64,000 nt of DNA, from positions 42,704 to 106,703 of the forward strand of contig JAAYZX010000004.1 in the NCBI GenBank assembly GCA_012514635.1. Direction: 5' to 3'. Made by a program: the position numbers and the translations under genes. The DNA comes from Actinomycetota bacterium (lineage in GTDB: Bacteria > Actinomycetota > Thermoleophilia > RBG-16-64-13). Numbering within the stretch: position 1 is the stretch's first letter; every line of letters begins with the position of its first letter. The notes beneath the pieces are model-generated. The model was not told the origin of the DNA. It was given only the letters and a program-made list of their open reading frames with translations, and made no database searches. Shown piece by piece: positions 9,620-19,608 of the stretch.

Positions 9620-9979
9620 GTGCTGGCTGCCGGCTTTATCGGCCAGTTCGGCAAGCGACTGGCCGACTATCTAGTGGGCCGCAGCCGTAGGCGCCGCGAA
9701 CGCAAGTTGTCTTCGGCGCTTCCAGAGACGACGGGTGGCAATACAGAGAGGGACGGCTCAGATGGGGAGAAACCCGAGTTGCCGGATCGAGTTCCGGTGA
9801 TCCAAATCCCTACTGCATTAGAAACTCCCGTCGCAACGGAGACGGTCACAGAACCGACCAAAGCCGGATTCGATTCTGAGTCTCCGGCTACGAGCGACCT
9901 TGATGCTGCCGCGATGGCGAAGGTGGCCAAGAAGGTGGCCAAGGCCCAAGCTAAGGCTCTGAAGAAGAGCGGCTCTTGA
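9620..9979 (+). CDS. Small membrane-anchored protein with a Lys/Ala-rich tail; unknown function, start uncertain
   Basis: The ORF has an N-terminal hydrophobic segment and a tail AAMAKVAKKVAKAQAKALKKSGS. The frame is open from 9548 and the hydrophobic helix clearly starts upstream of GTG 9620 (..WFDIVKWVLIVLAAGFIGQF), so the true start may be non-canonical. Confidence 0.45.
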   Translation: MLAAGFIGQFGKRLADYLVGRSRRRRERKLSSALPETTGGNTERDGSDGEKPELPDRVPVIQIPTALETPVATETVTEPTKAGFDSESPATSDLDAAAMAKVAKKVAKAQAKALKKSGS

Positions 9980-9981
9980 AA

Positions 9982-10009
9982 GAAGGGCCGGAGGTTCTGC
10001 CGGCCCTTC
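9982..10009 (+). terminator. Stem-loop terminator candidate after the 9620..9979 gene
   Basis: GAAGGGCCGG (9982-9991) pairs perfectly with CCGGCCCTTC (10000-10009) around an 8-nt loop. It starts 3 nt after the stop codon. No clear U-tract. Confidence 0.5.
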
Positions 10010-10158
10010 CGCGTCGAGGCAGAACGTTTGCCATAGGAACGACATAGACCGTGCCCGATCCGCGTGTCTAGGGCGGTGGCTACCGCTCATTATGTGTTGT
10101 AGCGATAGATATTATGAGTTATCGTTATGGCACTAAAGCACGGATTTCGGGAGACGGT

Positions 10159-11271
10159 ATGAGGATGAAGAGGATTCTGACCGGTCGCTGGGGCCCTATC
10201 ATTGCCGGGATCGTGGTGGGAGTGCTTGCACCTATATTGGTGTTCGCCGGCAATCCGGGGAACATGGGTATCTGCGTGGCCTGTTTCGCACGGGACATCG
10301 CTGGAGCGCTTGGGCTTCATCGGGCCGGGGTGGTGCAGTACATCCGGCCGGAGATTATAGGCATCGTCTTGGGGTCTTTCGCTTCAGCAATGGCCTTTCG
10401 CGAGTTCCGTCCCCGAACCGGGTCCGGGACCATCGTCCGCTTCTTCCTGGGCATGTTCGCTATGATCGGCGCGCTGGTCTTTCTCGGCTGCCCGTGGCGG
10501 GCCTACCTGCGACTGGCGGGCGGCGACGGGAATGCCCTATTCGGCATCCTGGGCCTGGTGGTGGGAATCAGCGTGGGTGTCTTCTTCCTGAAGAAGGGAT
10601 TCAGCCTGGGTCGCAGTCGCCCCGCCCCCAAAGCTATGGGCTGGATAATGCCCGTCCTGATGGTGGTGCTGCTCATCCTCTTGTTGGTGGCTCCCATGTT
10701 TGGTCGGGATGCGGATGGAAACGCGGTGGGGCCCATCTTCTTCTCGGTGGAAGGGCCCGGCAGCCAGGCGGCGCCGATCGTGTTGGCGCTGGCCGTGGGC
10801 TTGGTCATAGGAGTACTCGCTCAACGCAGCCGCTTTTGCACCGTGGGGGCCATTCGCGATCTCATGCTCGCGCGCAGCTCCTATCTCTTCAATGGAATCG
10901 TGGCTCTCATCTTGGCCGCTTTTGTGACCAACCTCATTCTGGGACAGTTTCACGCCGGTTTCGCCGACCAACCCGTGGCACATACCAACCAGCTCTGGAA
11001 CACATTGGGCATGGTGTTGGCCGGGTTGGCCTTCACCCTGGCCGGGGGTTGTCCGGGCAGGCAGTTGATCATGTCCGGCGAGGGCGACGGCGACTCCGGC
11101 ATCTTCGTGCTGGGCATGTTGGCCGGCGCATTCGTGGCCCACACCTTTAGCACCGCCAGTTCGGCGAAGGGGGTAGCCGCCTTCGGTCCCTGGGCGGTTG
11201 TCGTGGGACTGGTGATCTGCATCATCATCGGCTTCACCATGCGTGAACGTGCGCGCAGCGTAGGCAAATAA
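10159..11271 (+). CDS. YedE/YeeE-family sulfur- or selenium-compound transporter
   Basis: Multi-TM protein with the paired conserved Cys motifs of the family: CVACFARD near the N-terminus, FCTVGA mid-protein and GGCPGRQL in the second half. Start moved to ATG 10159 (GGGAGA upstream). Confidence 0.8.
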   Translation: MRMKRILTGRWGPIIAGIVVGVLAPILVFAGNPGNMGICVACFARDIAGALGLHRAGVVQYIRPEIIGIVLGSFASAMAFREFRPRTGSGTIVRFFLGMFAMIGALVFLGCPWRAYLRLAGGDGNALFGILGLVVGISVGVFFLKKGFSLGRSRPAPKAMGWIMPVLMVVLLILLLVAPMFGRDADGNAVGPIFFSVEGPGSQAAPIVLALAVGLVIGVLAQRSRFCTVGAIRDLMLARSSYLFNGIVALILAAFVTNLILGQFHAGFADQPVAHTNQLWNTLGMVLAGLAFTLAGGCPGRQLIMSGEGDGDSGIFVLGMLAGAFVAHTFSTASSAKGVAAFGPWAVVVGLVICIIIGFTMRERARSVGK

Positions 11272-11281
11272 AGGAGGAACA

Positions 11282-11524
11282 GTGGAAGCCGATAATCGAA
11301 ATCAGAGCCGAGTAGCGGTTGACGCCTGTGGTCTATCCTGTCCGGAACCGGTGATCATGACCCTTGAGGCCATGGATGCGGCCGAGGGTGGCGCTTCCAT
11401 CGAGGTGTTGGTTGACACCGCCGCCGCCCGCAACAACGTGCTCCTTGCCGCTCAACAGCGAGGATGGCAGGGCGAATACGAGGAGGATGCCGACGGCACC
11501 TTCCATGTGATGCTGCGGAAGTGA
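11282..11524 (+). CDS. TusA/SirA-like sulfurtransferase (YedF/YeeD-type partner of the transporter)
   Basis: 80-aa protein with the CPxP active-site motif (DACGLSCPEPVIMTLEAM). AGGAGG lies upstream of GTG 11282, 10 nt after the transporter stop. Confidence 0.8.
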   Translation: MEADNRNQSRVAVDACGLSCPEPVIMTLEAMDAAEGGASIEVLVDTAAARNNVLLAAQQRGWQGEYEEDADGTFHVMLRK

Positions 11525-11530
11525 CACTGC

Positions 11531-11568
11531 GGTGGCGACGGCGGCCTGCACAGGCCGCCGTCGCCACC
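11531..11568 (+). terminator. Long GC stem-loop after the TusA-like gene
   Basis: GGTGGCGACGGCGGCCTG (11531-11548) is the exact reverse complement of CAGGCCGCCGTCGCCACC (11551-11568). A second 12-bp hairpin follows (GTTCCGGCTCCG at 11588-11599 with CGGAGCCGGAAC at 11622-11633). No U-tract. Confidence 0.5.
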
Positions 11569-11728
11569 ACTTCACCGCTCTCCACGCGTTCCGGCTCCGA
11601 CGTGGTTCGCGCAACGCGCGCCGGAGCCGGAACGGCGGCTACACGCGATTCGTTGGATGCTGTGTTTGGGTATGAGCAGGCAACAGGTGTATGTTGAGAG
11701 TGTCGCTGGGCGACAGGAGGTTCTTATC

Positions 11729-11959
11729 ATGGCCGATACATGGCTGACCACCCTCATTACCGATACGCCGCAAGAAGGTTTTGAGCTTGCTATTACTCTG
11801 AGCCGTCGTGGTGTCAAGTACACGCAGCCGGATGCGGAGGTATTGCATAAGCTTCGCCCTGTGTACTCCACCAACGCCGACTCGCTTACGGCAGCATCGC
11901 AGGTTATCGCTATCAACTTCCAGACGGTGGCTGCGGCGAACAACTACTGGTGTAAATGA
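11729..11959 (+). CDS. Small hypothetical protein (76 aa)
   Basis: AGGAGG lies 7 nt upstream of ATG 11729. Sequence MADTWLTTLITDTPQEGFELAITLSRRGVKYTQPDAEVLHKL.. with no family recognised. It appears co-transcribed with the downstream tautomerase. Confidence 0.45.
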   Translation: MADTWLTTLITDTPQEGFELAITLSRRGVKYTQPDAEVLHKLRPVYSTNADSLTAASQVIAINFQTVAAANNYWCK

Positions 11960-11980
11960 TTTTTTGGAAAGGAGTTGATC

Positions 11981-12178
11981 GTGCCGCTCATTATTGTTGA
12001 AGGTCCCAAGACCGATATTGACACAAGGCGCAAACTGGCTCAGGATCTTACTCGGGTGGCCTCGGAGGCCTTCGCCCTCCCCGAGGAGAATATTTTGGTC
12101 ATTCTTCGCGAAGTCGGTCCCGATTGTGTGTCCAGGGGAGGAGAACTCATTTGTGACAAGCAGGCTGCGGGAGAGTAG
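11981..12178 (+). CDS. 4-oxalocrotonate tautomerase-family protein
   Basis: GTG 11981 is preceded by AAAGGAG and yields M-PLIIVEGPKTDIDTRRKLAQDLTRVASEAFALPEENILVILREV. The catalytic Pro1 context (PxIxV) and ~65-aa size are typical of the 4-OT family. Confidence 0.75.
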   Translation: MPLIIVEGPKTDIDTRRKLAQDLTRVASEAFALPEENILVILREVGPDCVSRGGELICDKQAAGE

Positions 12179-12233
12179 CAGCCGCCGGGTCGGCAAAGTC
12201 GCGTTTGCAGAAGAGAACGGCGGTGCTAATGAA

Positions 12234-13718
12234 TCAGGAGCCTGTTTGAGGGGGGTCTGTTTGTGGGGAGCCTGCTTGCGTATGTCGACGCTCCAGTTCG
12301 AGTAGCGTCGTCTTGCGCTCCAAGCCTCCGGCATAGCCGGTGAGGGAGCCGTCGCTGCCGACGACCCGATGGCAGGGCACGATGATCGACACTGGATTGC
12401 GCCCTACGGCCGCGCCTACGGCGCGGGCCGCCTGTGGTCTCCCCATCTCGCGCGCGATATCGCCGTACGAGATGCGGGCTCCATAAGGGATCTCCTGCAG
12501 GAGGCGCCATACTTCTTGCTGGAAGGGAGTGCCCATCGGTGCCACCGGTAGATCAAAGGATGAACGTGTGCCTGCGAAATACTCGGCCAGTTGGGTTGCG
12601 GTGGCGGCGAAGAGGAGGAGTGCATCGTCTCGTGTCCAGTCATTATCGGGCTGCGGTTCGTGCTTCTGGCCCTCGAGATGCAGTCCGGTCAGAGAGTCGC
12701 CGTCGGAAGTGAGCAGGACGCGACCGAGGGGGCTATCGATGTAGCTGTAGACTGTCATTCTCATTCGCTCCTTCTTACATCGGCCCTCCAGCATTTGCCA
12801 GAGGTGCATCACGGCATACGAGCGCCACGGCGCCCACGAGGCCGCGCGCGCCCGCGCGCGGCGGGGATCCTTCTCGTCCATGGCCCTGAGGACACCATGA
12901 TCGGTGGCGGGAAAGGCATCGGGCCAAGAGAGCGCACGCATCGCCACGTACTGGGCGGTCCAATCGCCGACGCCGTGCAACCGGCGTAGCGCGACTAACG
13001 TGCGTTTTGGATCACTACCAGGTTCTAAAACTATCTCCTTTGAGGCAATGGCCTGAGCCGCGCCCACGAGGGCGCGGGCACGACTACCCACCACGCCCAG
13101 GGCCTGGATCTCCTCTGGGCGCACCTCGGTCATACGCGTCGCGCTTGGGAAGGTGACCGTCAGCCCGGTGGGCGCGCCGGCAAGAGGTTCGCCGAAGATC
13201 TGCGCCAAACGGGTGGCGAACGTGCGGGCGGCCTGTACCGTCACCTGTTGGCCGAGTATGGCGCGGGCCAACAACTCGAAGCCGTCCCAGGCTCCGGGTA
13301 ATCGTAGACCGGGATGGCGGGTAGCCAGGTCACCCAACACTGCCGCCACCGTCTCCGGGTCGCACGATAGATCGAATACATGCTTGGCTCGTTTGAGCAC
13401 ACTTTGGAGCGCCGGAGCCAGCGACGCCGATATCCACAGAGTCAATACGGGCTCAGTTGGAGAGGGCGTTGCTGAAATCCACCCGGCGTATGTCGCTCCC
13501 TGGTAATCGAGACGGAGCGCACGATAGTACGTGTCACCGTCGACGGTCTCTACGCCCCCTATTGCCCGTCGGCCCAAGAAGAGGCACAGAGCCGTCCAGT
13601 CGAACGGCGGCCGGTAGGCAAGGTCGAATTTTAGGGCGTCCACCGCAGGTGTCGCCCGTGTAGATGGATATCGTGTGCAATCATCGCCTGGCAAACACGT
13701 CGCAATCAAGCATGGCAT
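12234..13718 (-). CDS. Fusion protein: DNA-3-methyladenine glycosylase II (AlkA-like, HhH-GPD) plus O6-methylguanine-DNA methyltransferase (Ogt)
   Basis: N-terminal part: AlkA_N-like region plus HhH-GPD ([22 protein letters not shown].., [28 protein letters not shown]). C-terminal part: Ogt with [17 protein letters not shown] and the PCHRV active site ([18 protein letters not shown]). It is one uninterrupted 494-codon frame. Confidence 0.85.
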   Translation of the reverse strand: MPCLIATCLPGDDCTRYPSTRATPAVDALKFDLAYRPPFDWTALCLFLGRRAIGGVETVDGDTYYRALRLDYQGATYAGWISATPSPTEPVLTLWISASLAPALQSVLKRAKHVFDLSCDPETVAAVLGDLATRHPGLRLPGAWDGFELLARAILGQQVTVQAARTFATRLAQIFGEPLAGAPTGLTVTFPSATRMTEVRPEEIQALGVVGSRARALVGAAQAIASKEIVLEPGSDPKRTLVALRRLHGVGDWTAQYVAMRALSWPDAFPATDHGVLRAMDEKDPRRARARAASWAPWRSYAVMHLWQMLEGRCKKERMRMTVYSYIDSPLGRVLLTSDGDSLTGLHLEGQKHEPQPDNDWTRDDALLLFAATATQLAEYFAGTRSSFDLPVAPMGTPFQQEVWRLLQEIPYGARISYGDIAREMGRPQAARAVGAAVGRNPVSIIVPCHRVVGSDGSLTGYAGGLERKTTLLELERRHTQAGSPQTDPPQTGS

Positions 13719-13823
13719 CTGCCACTAAGCTCCGTTCGATCTCGCAGGTGGAGCGCGGTCTCATCTCGACCCTGTGGCCGATTTACAGTCTACAGTACTA
13801 TGACTGTGGAGGGGGTCGGCCGG

Positions 13824-16124
13824 ATGACAGATAAGACTCACGGGGCGAAATGTACAGAGACGGTCTGTAGTGGCGTCTGCCGAGAATGGCCCGTCGCCGA
13901 ACGCAAGGCGGCTCCTGCCGAATCTGCCGCCCGCGAGTCTGTCCACGGGCCTGTTGCGCACGAAACCACCCGTGAAGGAAGCGTGCGCACGGTTCTCGAC
14001 GTCCCCGGCATGGACTGCCCCACCGAGGAGGCGATGATTCGTAACAGGCTCTCTGGAATGCCGGGGATCGAAGCTATCGATTGCAATTTCTTGGAGCGCC
14101 GCCTCACCCTGACAACCCTACCCGACGCTACTGCGGAAGCCGTGGGGGCCATTGAGGCGCTCGGTCTCGGAGCCACCGTGCGTGACGATTCCGTTGCGCC
14201 GGGCCAAACTGTGGGGCGAGAAGGAGTCACGCCGGCTCCTGTCGTCTCTCGTCGTGTCTGGGTACTCCTGGCCGTTGCCGCGGTCGCCGCCTTCTCGGCC
14301 GAGGCTTTGCATCTGGTCCTGGCCGATGGCTTCTGGTTGGTTGTCGGTCTCAGCCTGTTTGCGGTCGCTCTCGGTGGTCTCGAGACCTATTGGAAGGGGT
14401 TGCTGGCCCTCAAAAACCGCACCCTCAACATCAACGCCCTCATGACCATTGCCGTAACCGGCGCCATGGCTATCGGTGAGTGGCCGGAAGCGGCTATGGT
14501 CATGGTGCTTTTCGCGTTGGCGGAACACATCGAGGAACTCTCGCTCGACAGGGCGCGACACGCCATCCGCAGTCTCTTGGCGATGACGCCGGAGACGGCC
14601 ACCGTCCGGCGGGAGGACGGAACGTGGATCGACATCGAGGCGAAGAAGGTTGCCGTGGGTGTCGTAGTGCGGGTGAGACCCGGAGAACGGATTCCTCTGG
14701 ACGGAGAAGTGGTCGAGGGTTTTTCCGCAGTTAATCAGGCACCCATTACCGGGGAGAGTATGCCGGTGGAGAAGGGGCCCGGCGCTCAGGTCTTCGCCGG
14801 CACCATCAACACCACCGGGTCCTTCCAGTTCCGGGTCACCAAGGCGGCAGGTGATACCACTTTGGCTCACATCATCCACGCCGTGGAGGAGGCCCAGACC
14901 GGACGGGCCCCGACCCAGCGCTTTGTCGATCGCTTTGCCGGTGTCTACACGCCGTTGATTCTCAGCCTGGCGATACTCGTGGCGTTGATTCCGCCCCTGG
15001 TGCTCGGTCAATCTTTCTTGACCTGGATTTATCGCGCGCTGGTGCTTTTGGTCATCGGTTGTCCCTGCGCGCTTGTGATCTCCACTCCGGTGACCGTGGT
15101 GAGCGGCCTGGCCACCGCCGCCCGGCGGGGCATACTCATCAAGGGCGGCGCGTATCTGGAGCAGGGTAGAAAGCTCAAAGTAGTGGCCTTCGATAAGACG
15201 GGGACCATCACCGAGGGCGAACCGTCCGTCACCGACTTTCTGCCCCAGGGCGATGAAGAGGCGCGACGTTCGCTGAGTTGCGCCGCTGCTCTGGCCGTTC
15301 GTTCCGATCATCCGCTGTCACAGGCCATCGCCGCTTACGCCCGCGAAGCCGCGGTGTCGCCACCTGAGTTGAGCGAGTTCGTTGCCTTACCCGGTCGGGG
15401 TACCAAAGGCCGCCTGAGCGATGAATGGTTGTATCTGGGTAGCCATCGATTGATCGATGATCTGAACGTCTGTCGTCCCGAATTGGAAGAGCTGTTCACA
15501 GCGTTGGAGAGTCAGGGTAAGAGTGTGGTGATCTTGGCCGACGGGCAGGGGGTGCTGGCGGTGTTCGGTGTGGCCGACGCCGTACGCGTCGGCAGCAGGG
15601 AAGCGGTGGCCGATCTGCACTCGCTCGGGTTGCGGACTGTGGTTCTCAGCGGCGACAATCAACAGACGGTGGCGGCCATCGCCGAGCAGGTGGGTATCGA
15701 GGACGCCCGCGGCGGATTGCTCCCCGAGGAGAAACTCGCTGCCATCACCGATCTGGTGAGTACCCACGACCAAGTGGGGATGGCGGGTGACGGCATCAAC
15801 GATGCGCCGGCATTGGCAGCTGCGAGCATCGGCTTCGCCATGGGGGCGGCCGGTTCCGATACGGCGCTGGAGGTGGCCGACGTGGCTCTGATGGACGACG
15901 ATCTGCGCCGGCTGCCGTCCTTCATTCGTCTCAGTCGTCGCACGGCCGTGATTTTGGCCGAGAATATCGGCCTGGCCCTGGGAGTCAAAGCCGTGTTCTT
16001 CGGTCTGGCTTTCGTGGGTGAAGCCACCCTGTGGATGGCCGTGGTGGCCGACATGGGCGTCGGTCTGCTGGTGGTCTTCAACGGGCTGCGTCTGCTGCGC
16101 TGGGGCGGGCGCCGGACGGCGTGA
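13824..16124 (+). CDS. Heavy-metal translocating P1B-type ATPase (Cd/Zn/Pb-type, CPC motif)
   Basis: HMA domain with GMDCPTEE, TM CPC motif (GCPCALVISTP), phosphorylation site DKTGTIT and hinge GDGINDAP. Cys-rich N-terminus CTETVCSGVC. Start placed at ATG 13824 (GGAGGGGG upstream); the track start is 13800. Confidence 0.9.
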   Translation: MTDKTHGAKCTETVCSGVCREWPVAERKAAPAESAARESVHGPVAHETTREGSVRTVLDVPGMDCPTEEAMIRNRLSGMPGIEAIDCNFLERRLTLTTLPDATAEAVGAIEALGLGATVRDDSVAPGQTVGREGVTPAPVVSRRVWVLLAVAAVAAFSAEALHLVLADGFWLVVGLSLFAVALGGLETYWKGLLALKNRTLNINALMTIAVTGAMAIGEWPEAAMVMVLFALAEHIEELSLDRARHAIRSLLAMTPETATVRREDGTWIDIEAKKVAVGVVVRVRPGERIPLDGEVVEGFSAVNQAPITGESMPVEKGPGAQVFAGTINTTGSFQFRVTKAAGDTTLAHIIHAVEEAQTGRAPTQRFVDRFAGVYTPLILSLAILVALIPPLVLGQSFLTWIYRALVLLVIGCPCALVISTPVTVVSGLATAARRGILIKGGAYLEQGRKLKVVAFDKTGTITEGEPSVTDFLPQGDEEARRSLSCAAALAVRSDHPLSQAIAAYAREAAVSPPELSEFVALPGRGTKGRLSDEWLYLGSHRLIDDLNVCRPELEELFTALESQGKSVVILADGQGVLAVFGVADAVRVGSREAVADLHSLGLRTVVLSGDNQQTVAAIAEQVGIEDARGGLLPEEKLAAITDLVSTHDQVGMAGDGINDAPALAAASIGFAMGAAGSDTALEVADVALMDDDLRRLPSFIRLSRRTAVILAENIGLALGVKAVFFGLAFVGEATLWMAVVADMGVGLLVVFNGLRLLRWGGRRTA

Positions 16125-16158
16125 GTGTCAAATGCGACGATCGTTACCGCCTGCCTCT

Positions 16159-16689
16159 CTATCGACCGGGTTTGCGGCAGACGGTCTGGGCCATGGCCCG
16201 CCGTGGACCTTCTAGGATACCCTCGAAGGAGTGGATGATCTCCCAATCCGCGAACCAGCCGGCCAACTCTCCCGGTTGGAGCAGATAAGCCGGGTTGTGG
16301 GGTTTGCCGTATCGAGACTGCTCGCTCGTGAAGGTTTCGTAGATGAGGATTCCTCCCTTGCGAATGCTCCGGCGAATATGGGGGATCAGCGGCCGATGAA
16401 GGTAGCGGAATACCAGAATCCCTCGGTAGTGGTCGGGGTCTAAAGGGTTGTCGCCCGTTTCCAGATCGACTTCCCAGAAACGTGCCTCTATTTTGCGTTC
16501 CTTGGCAGATTTCTGCGCGGCCGCCAGCGCTTTGGAAGATCGATCGGCCAGAATCACAGGTACACCCAAGGCGGCAAGAAATAGTCCGTTTTGTCCCGCT
16601 CCGCAGGCCAGGTCGATTACGGGGCCCTCCGGGTCATCGTCTTCCAGTAGGTGGCTGAAGTCGACCAACAGGGGCGCCGGATTCTTCAT
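16159..16689 (-). CDS. Class I SAM-dependent methyltransferase (TehB-like)
   Basis: Motif I VIDLACGAGQNGLFLA and an acidic post-I motif ILADRS. Size 176 aa. Confidence 0.7.
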   Translation of the reverse strand: MKNPAPLLVDFSHLLEDDDPEGPVIDLACGAGQNGLFLAALGVPVILADRSSKALAAAQKSAKERKIEARFWEVDLETGDNPLDPDHYRGILVFRYLHRPLIPHIRRSIRKGGILIYETFTSEQSRYGKPHNPAYLLQPGELAGWFADWEIIHSFEGILEGPRRAMAQTVCRKPGR

Positions 16690-16924
16690 TTCCCATCCTT
16701 TTCAACAGGTTCTTCGAACACCGCCATCAGTTTTGACGATGTGCGCGTCGTCGATGCGCGTGTCGGCCTGTTGTCGTGATACCTAGACCATGCAATCGAC
16801 AAACCATCTCAGATGCGGCCCCATCTCTTGATAAATGAACAAATTGAGCAGGTGGGTCCGACAGCCCGCTCAGCTGAACCGCTCCGGCTTTCCTGGAGGC
16901 TCCAACCTTTGAGAGGATGGAGTC

Positions 16925-18153
<1,229 letters not shown>

Positions 18154-18237
18154 AGCCGGGGCGGTTCACAGCTATCATCTTCTCGCAAGACGGCAGACCG
18201 GCTGCACAAACGCGAGACATGAGGTGGTTAAGGGCGT

Positions 18238-18561
18238 ATGCATTGGGTACTTCTGACGTTGGCTATTGTGTTTGAAGTTGCGGGCACCACCTGTATGAAG
18301 CTGTCGGCAGGGTTCACGCGTTTGCTGCCGTCAATTCTGATGCTCGTGTTCTATGTGGTGTCTTTCGGGTTTCTGACGTTCACACTGAAAAAAGTGGATG
18401 TCAGCGTTGCGTACGCCGTTTGGAGCGGTATGGGTACGGCCCTGATTGCCACCATTGGAGTCTTGTGGTTTCGAGAGCCACTCGGCCTGCTGAAGGTTTG
18501 TGGGTTGTTGGCCATTGTGGGCGGCGTGGTTGCGCTGAATCTATCGGGCGGGACTCATTGA
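18238..18561 (+). CDS. SMR-family multidrug efflux protein (EmrE/Qac-like)
   Basis: 107 aa with 4 TM helices. Conserved membrane Glu context IVFEVAGTTCMKLSAGFTRLLPS, which I recall as close to E. coli EmrE AEVIGTTLMKFSEGFTRLWPS, and AYAVWSGMG. Confidence 0.85.
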   Translation: MHWVLLTLAIVFEVAGTTCMKLSAGFTRLLPSILMLVFYVVSFGFLTFTLKKVDVSVAYAVWSGMGTALIATIGVLWFREPLGLLKVCGLLAIVGGVVALNLSGGTH

Positions 18562-18623
18562 GACGAGACGGTTTTGCGCAGTTGGGGTATGGTGAAAATG
18601 GGTAGTTCGCAATCGGAGGCTTG

Positions 18624-19607
18624 ATGTTCGTTGATATCGTTCCCACACCGCCGTTCCGTCTTGACTTCACCGTCTGGGCGCTTCGCCGGCTGCCGGTCAA
18701 CGATATGGACCGCTGGGATGGTGTGGCCTTTCGGCGGGTACTGGCGGTGGGGTCGAGCATCGTGGAGGTCGAGGTCACGCAGCCCACGGCAGTCTCCGTC
18801 ACCGGTGCACATCCGGCGGCTCCCTCCCACGACGCCGATTCGACCGGCCTCTCCGGCGATACGCCCTCGGCGGGCGGCGAGAGTCTGCGCATCGCTATTC
18901 GGGGCGACGGTAACGGTTTGCCCCCGTCGGTGGGGCGGGAGGTGGTCGAGACTCTGTCTCACGCGTTGGGACTGCAGGTGGATCTTGCCCCCTTCTACCG
19001 TCTGGCCGCAGGCGATGAGCGGCTGAACAGTCTGGTCTCGCGCTTCAGAGGACTGAAGCCGCCCTGTCTCTTCTCGCCTTTCGAGACGGTGGTGAACGGG
19101 ATCGCATGTCAGCAATTGTCGCTCAACGTGGGGATAATCCTGCTCAACCGGCTGTGCGCTGCCTTCGGTCCCCATCTGGGTGAAGCCATCGGCTTCCCCG
19201 CCCCGGAAGACTTGGCGGGCGCGGATCCCGACGCCCTGCGGGCGTTGGGTTTCAGTCGGCGCAAGGCGGAAGCCATTGTGGCGATGGCGCAATCGGTGGT
19301 GTCGGGAGAGCTCGATCTCGAGGGACTGTCTCGACTGGACGATCAGGAGGTGGCGGAGCGCCTCATGGCCGTGAAGGGTATCGGCCGCTGGACGGCTCAA
19401 TACGTGGCGCTGCGGGGACTGGGCAGGTGGGACGTCTTCCCGGTGGATGACGTAGGCGGTCAGAACAAGGTGCAGGATTGGCTCCACCTTGCCGCTCGGC
19501 CGCAACCACCTGAGATGCAGCGATTGCTTGCTCCCTACGCACCTTATCGCGGGCTGGTGTATTTCCATCTGCTGCTGAGTCGGTTGCAGGCGGACGGTAT
19601 GTGGTGA
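18624..19607 (+). CDS. DNA-3-methyladenine glycosylase II-like (AlkA / HhH-GPD family), second copy
   Basis: HhH-GPD hallmark LMAVKGIGRWTAQYVALRGLGRWDVFPVDDVG and helix GIACQQLSLNVGIILLNRL. Confidence 0.75.
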   Translation: MFVDIVPTPPFRLDFTVWALRRLPVNDMDRWDGVAFRRVLAVGSSIVEVEVTQPTAVSVTGAHPAAPSHDADSTGLSGDTPSAGGESLRIAIRGDGNGLPPSVGREVVETLSHALGLQVDLAPFYRLAAGDERLNSLVSRFRGLKPPCLFSPFETVVNGIACQQLSLNVGIILLNRLCAAFGPHLGEAIGFPAPEDLAGADPDALRALGFSRRKAEAIVAMAQSVVSGELDLEGLSRLDDQEVAERLMAVKGIGRWTAQYVALRGLGRWDVFPVDDVGGQNKVQDWLHLAARPQPPEMQRLLAPYAPYRGLVYFHLLLSRLQADGMW

Positions 19608-19608
19608 C

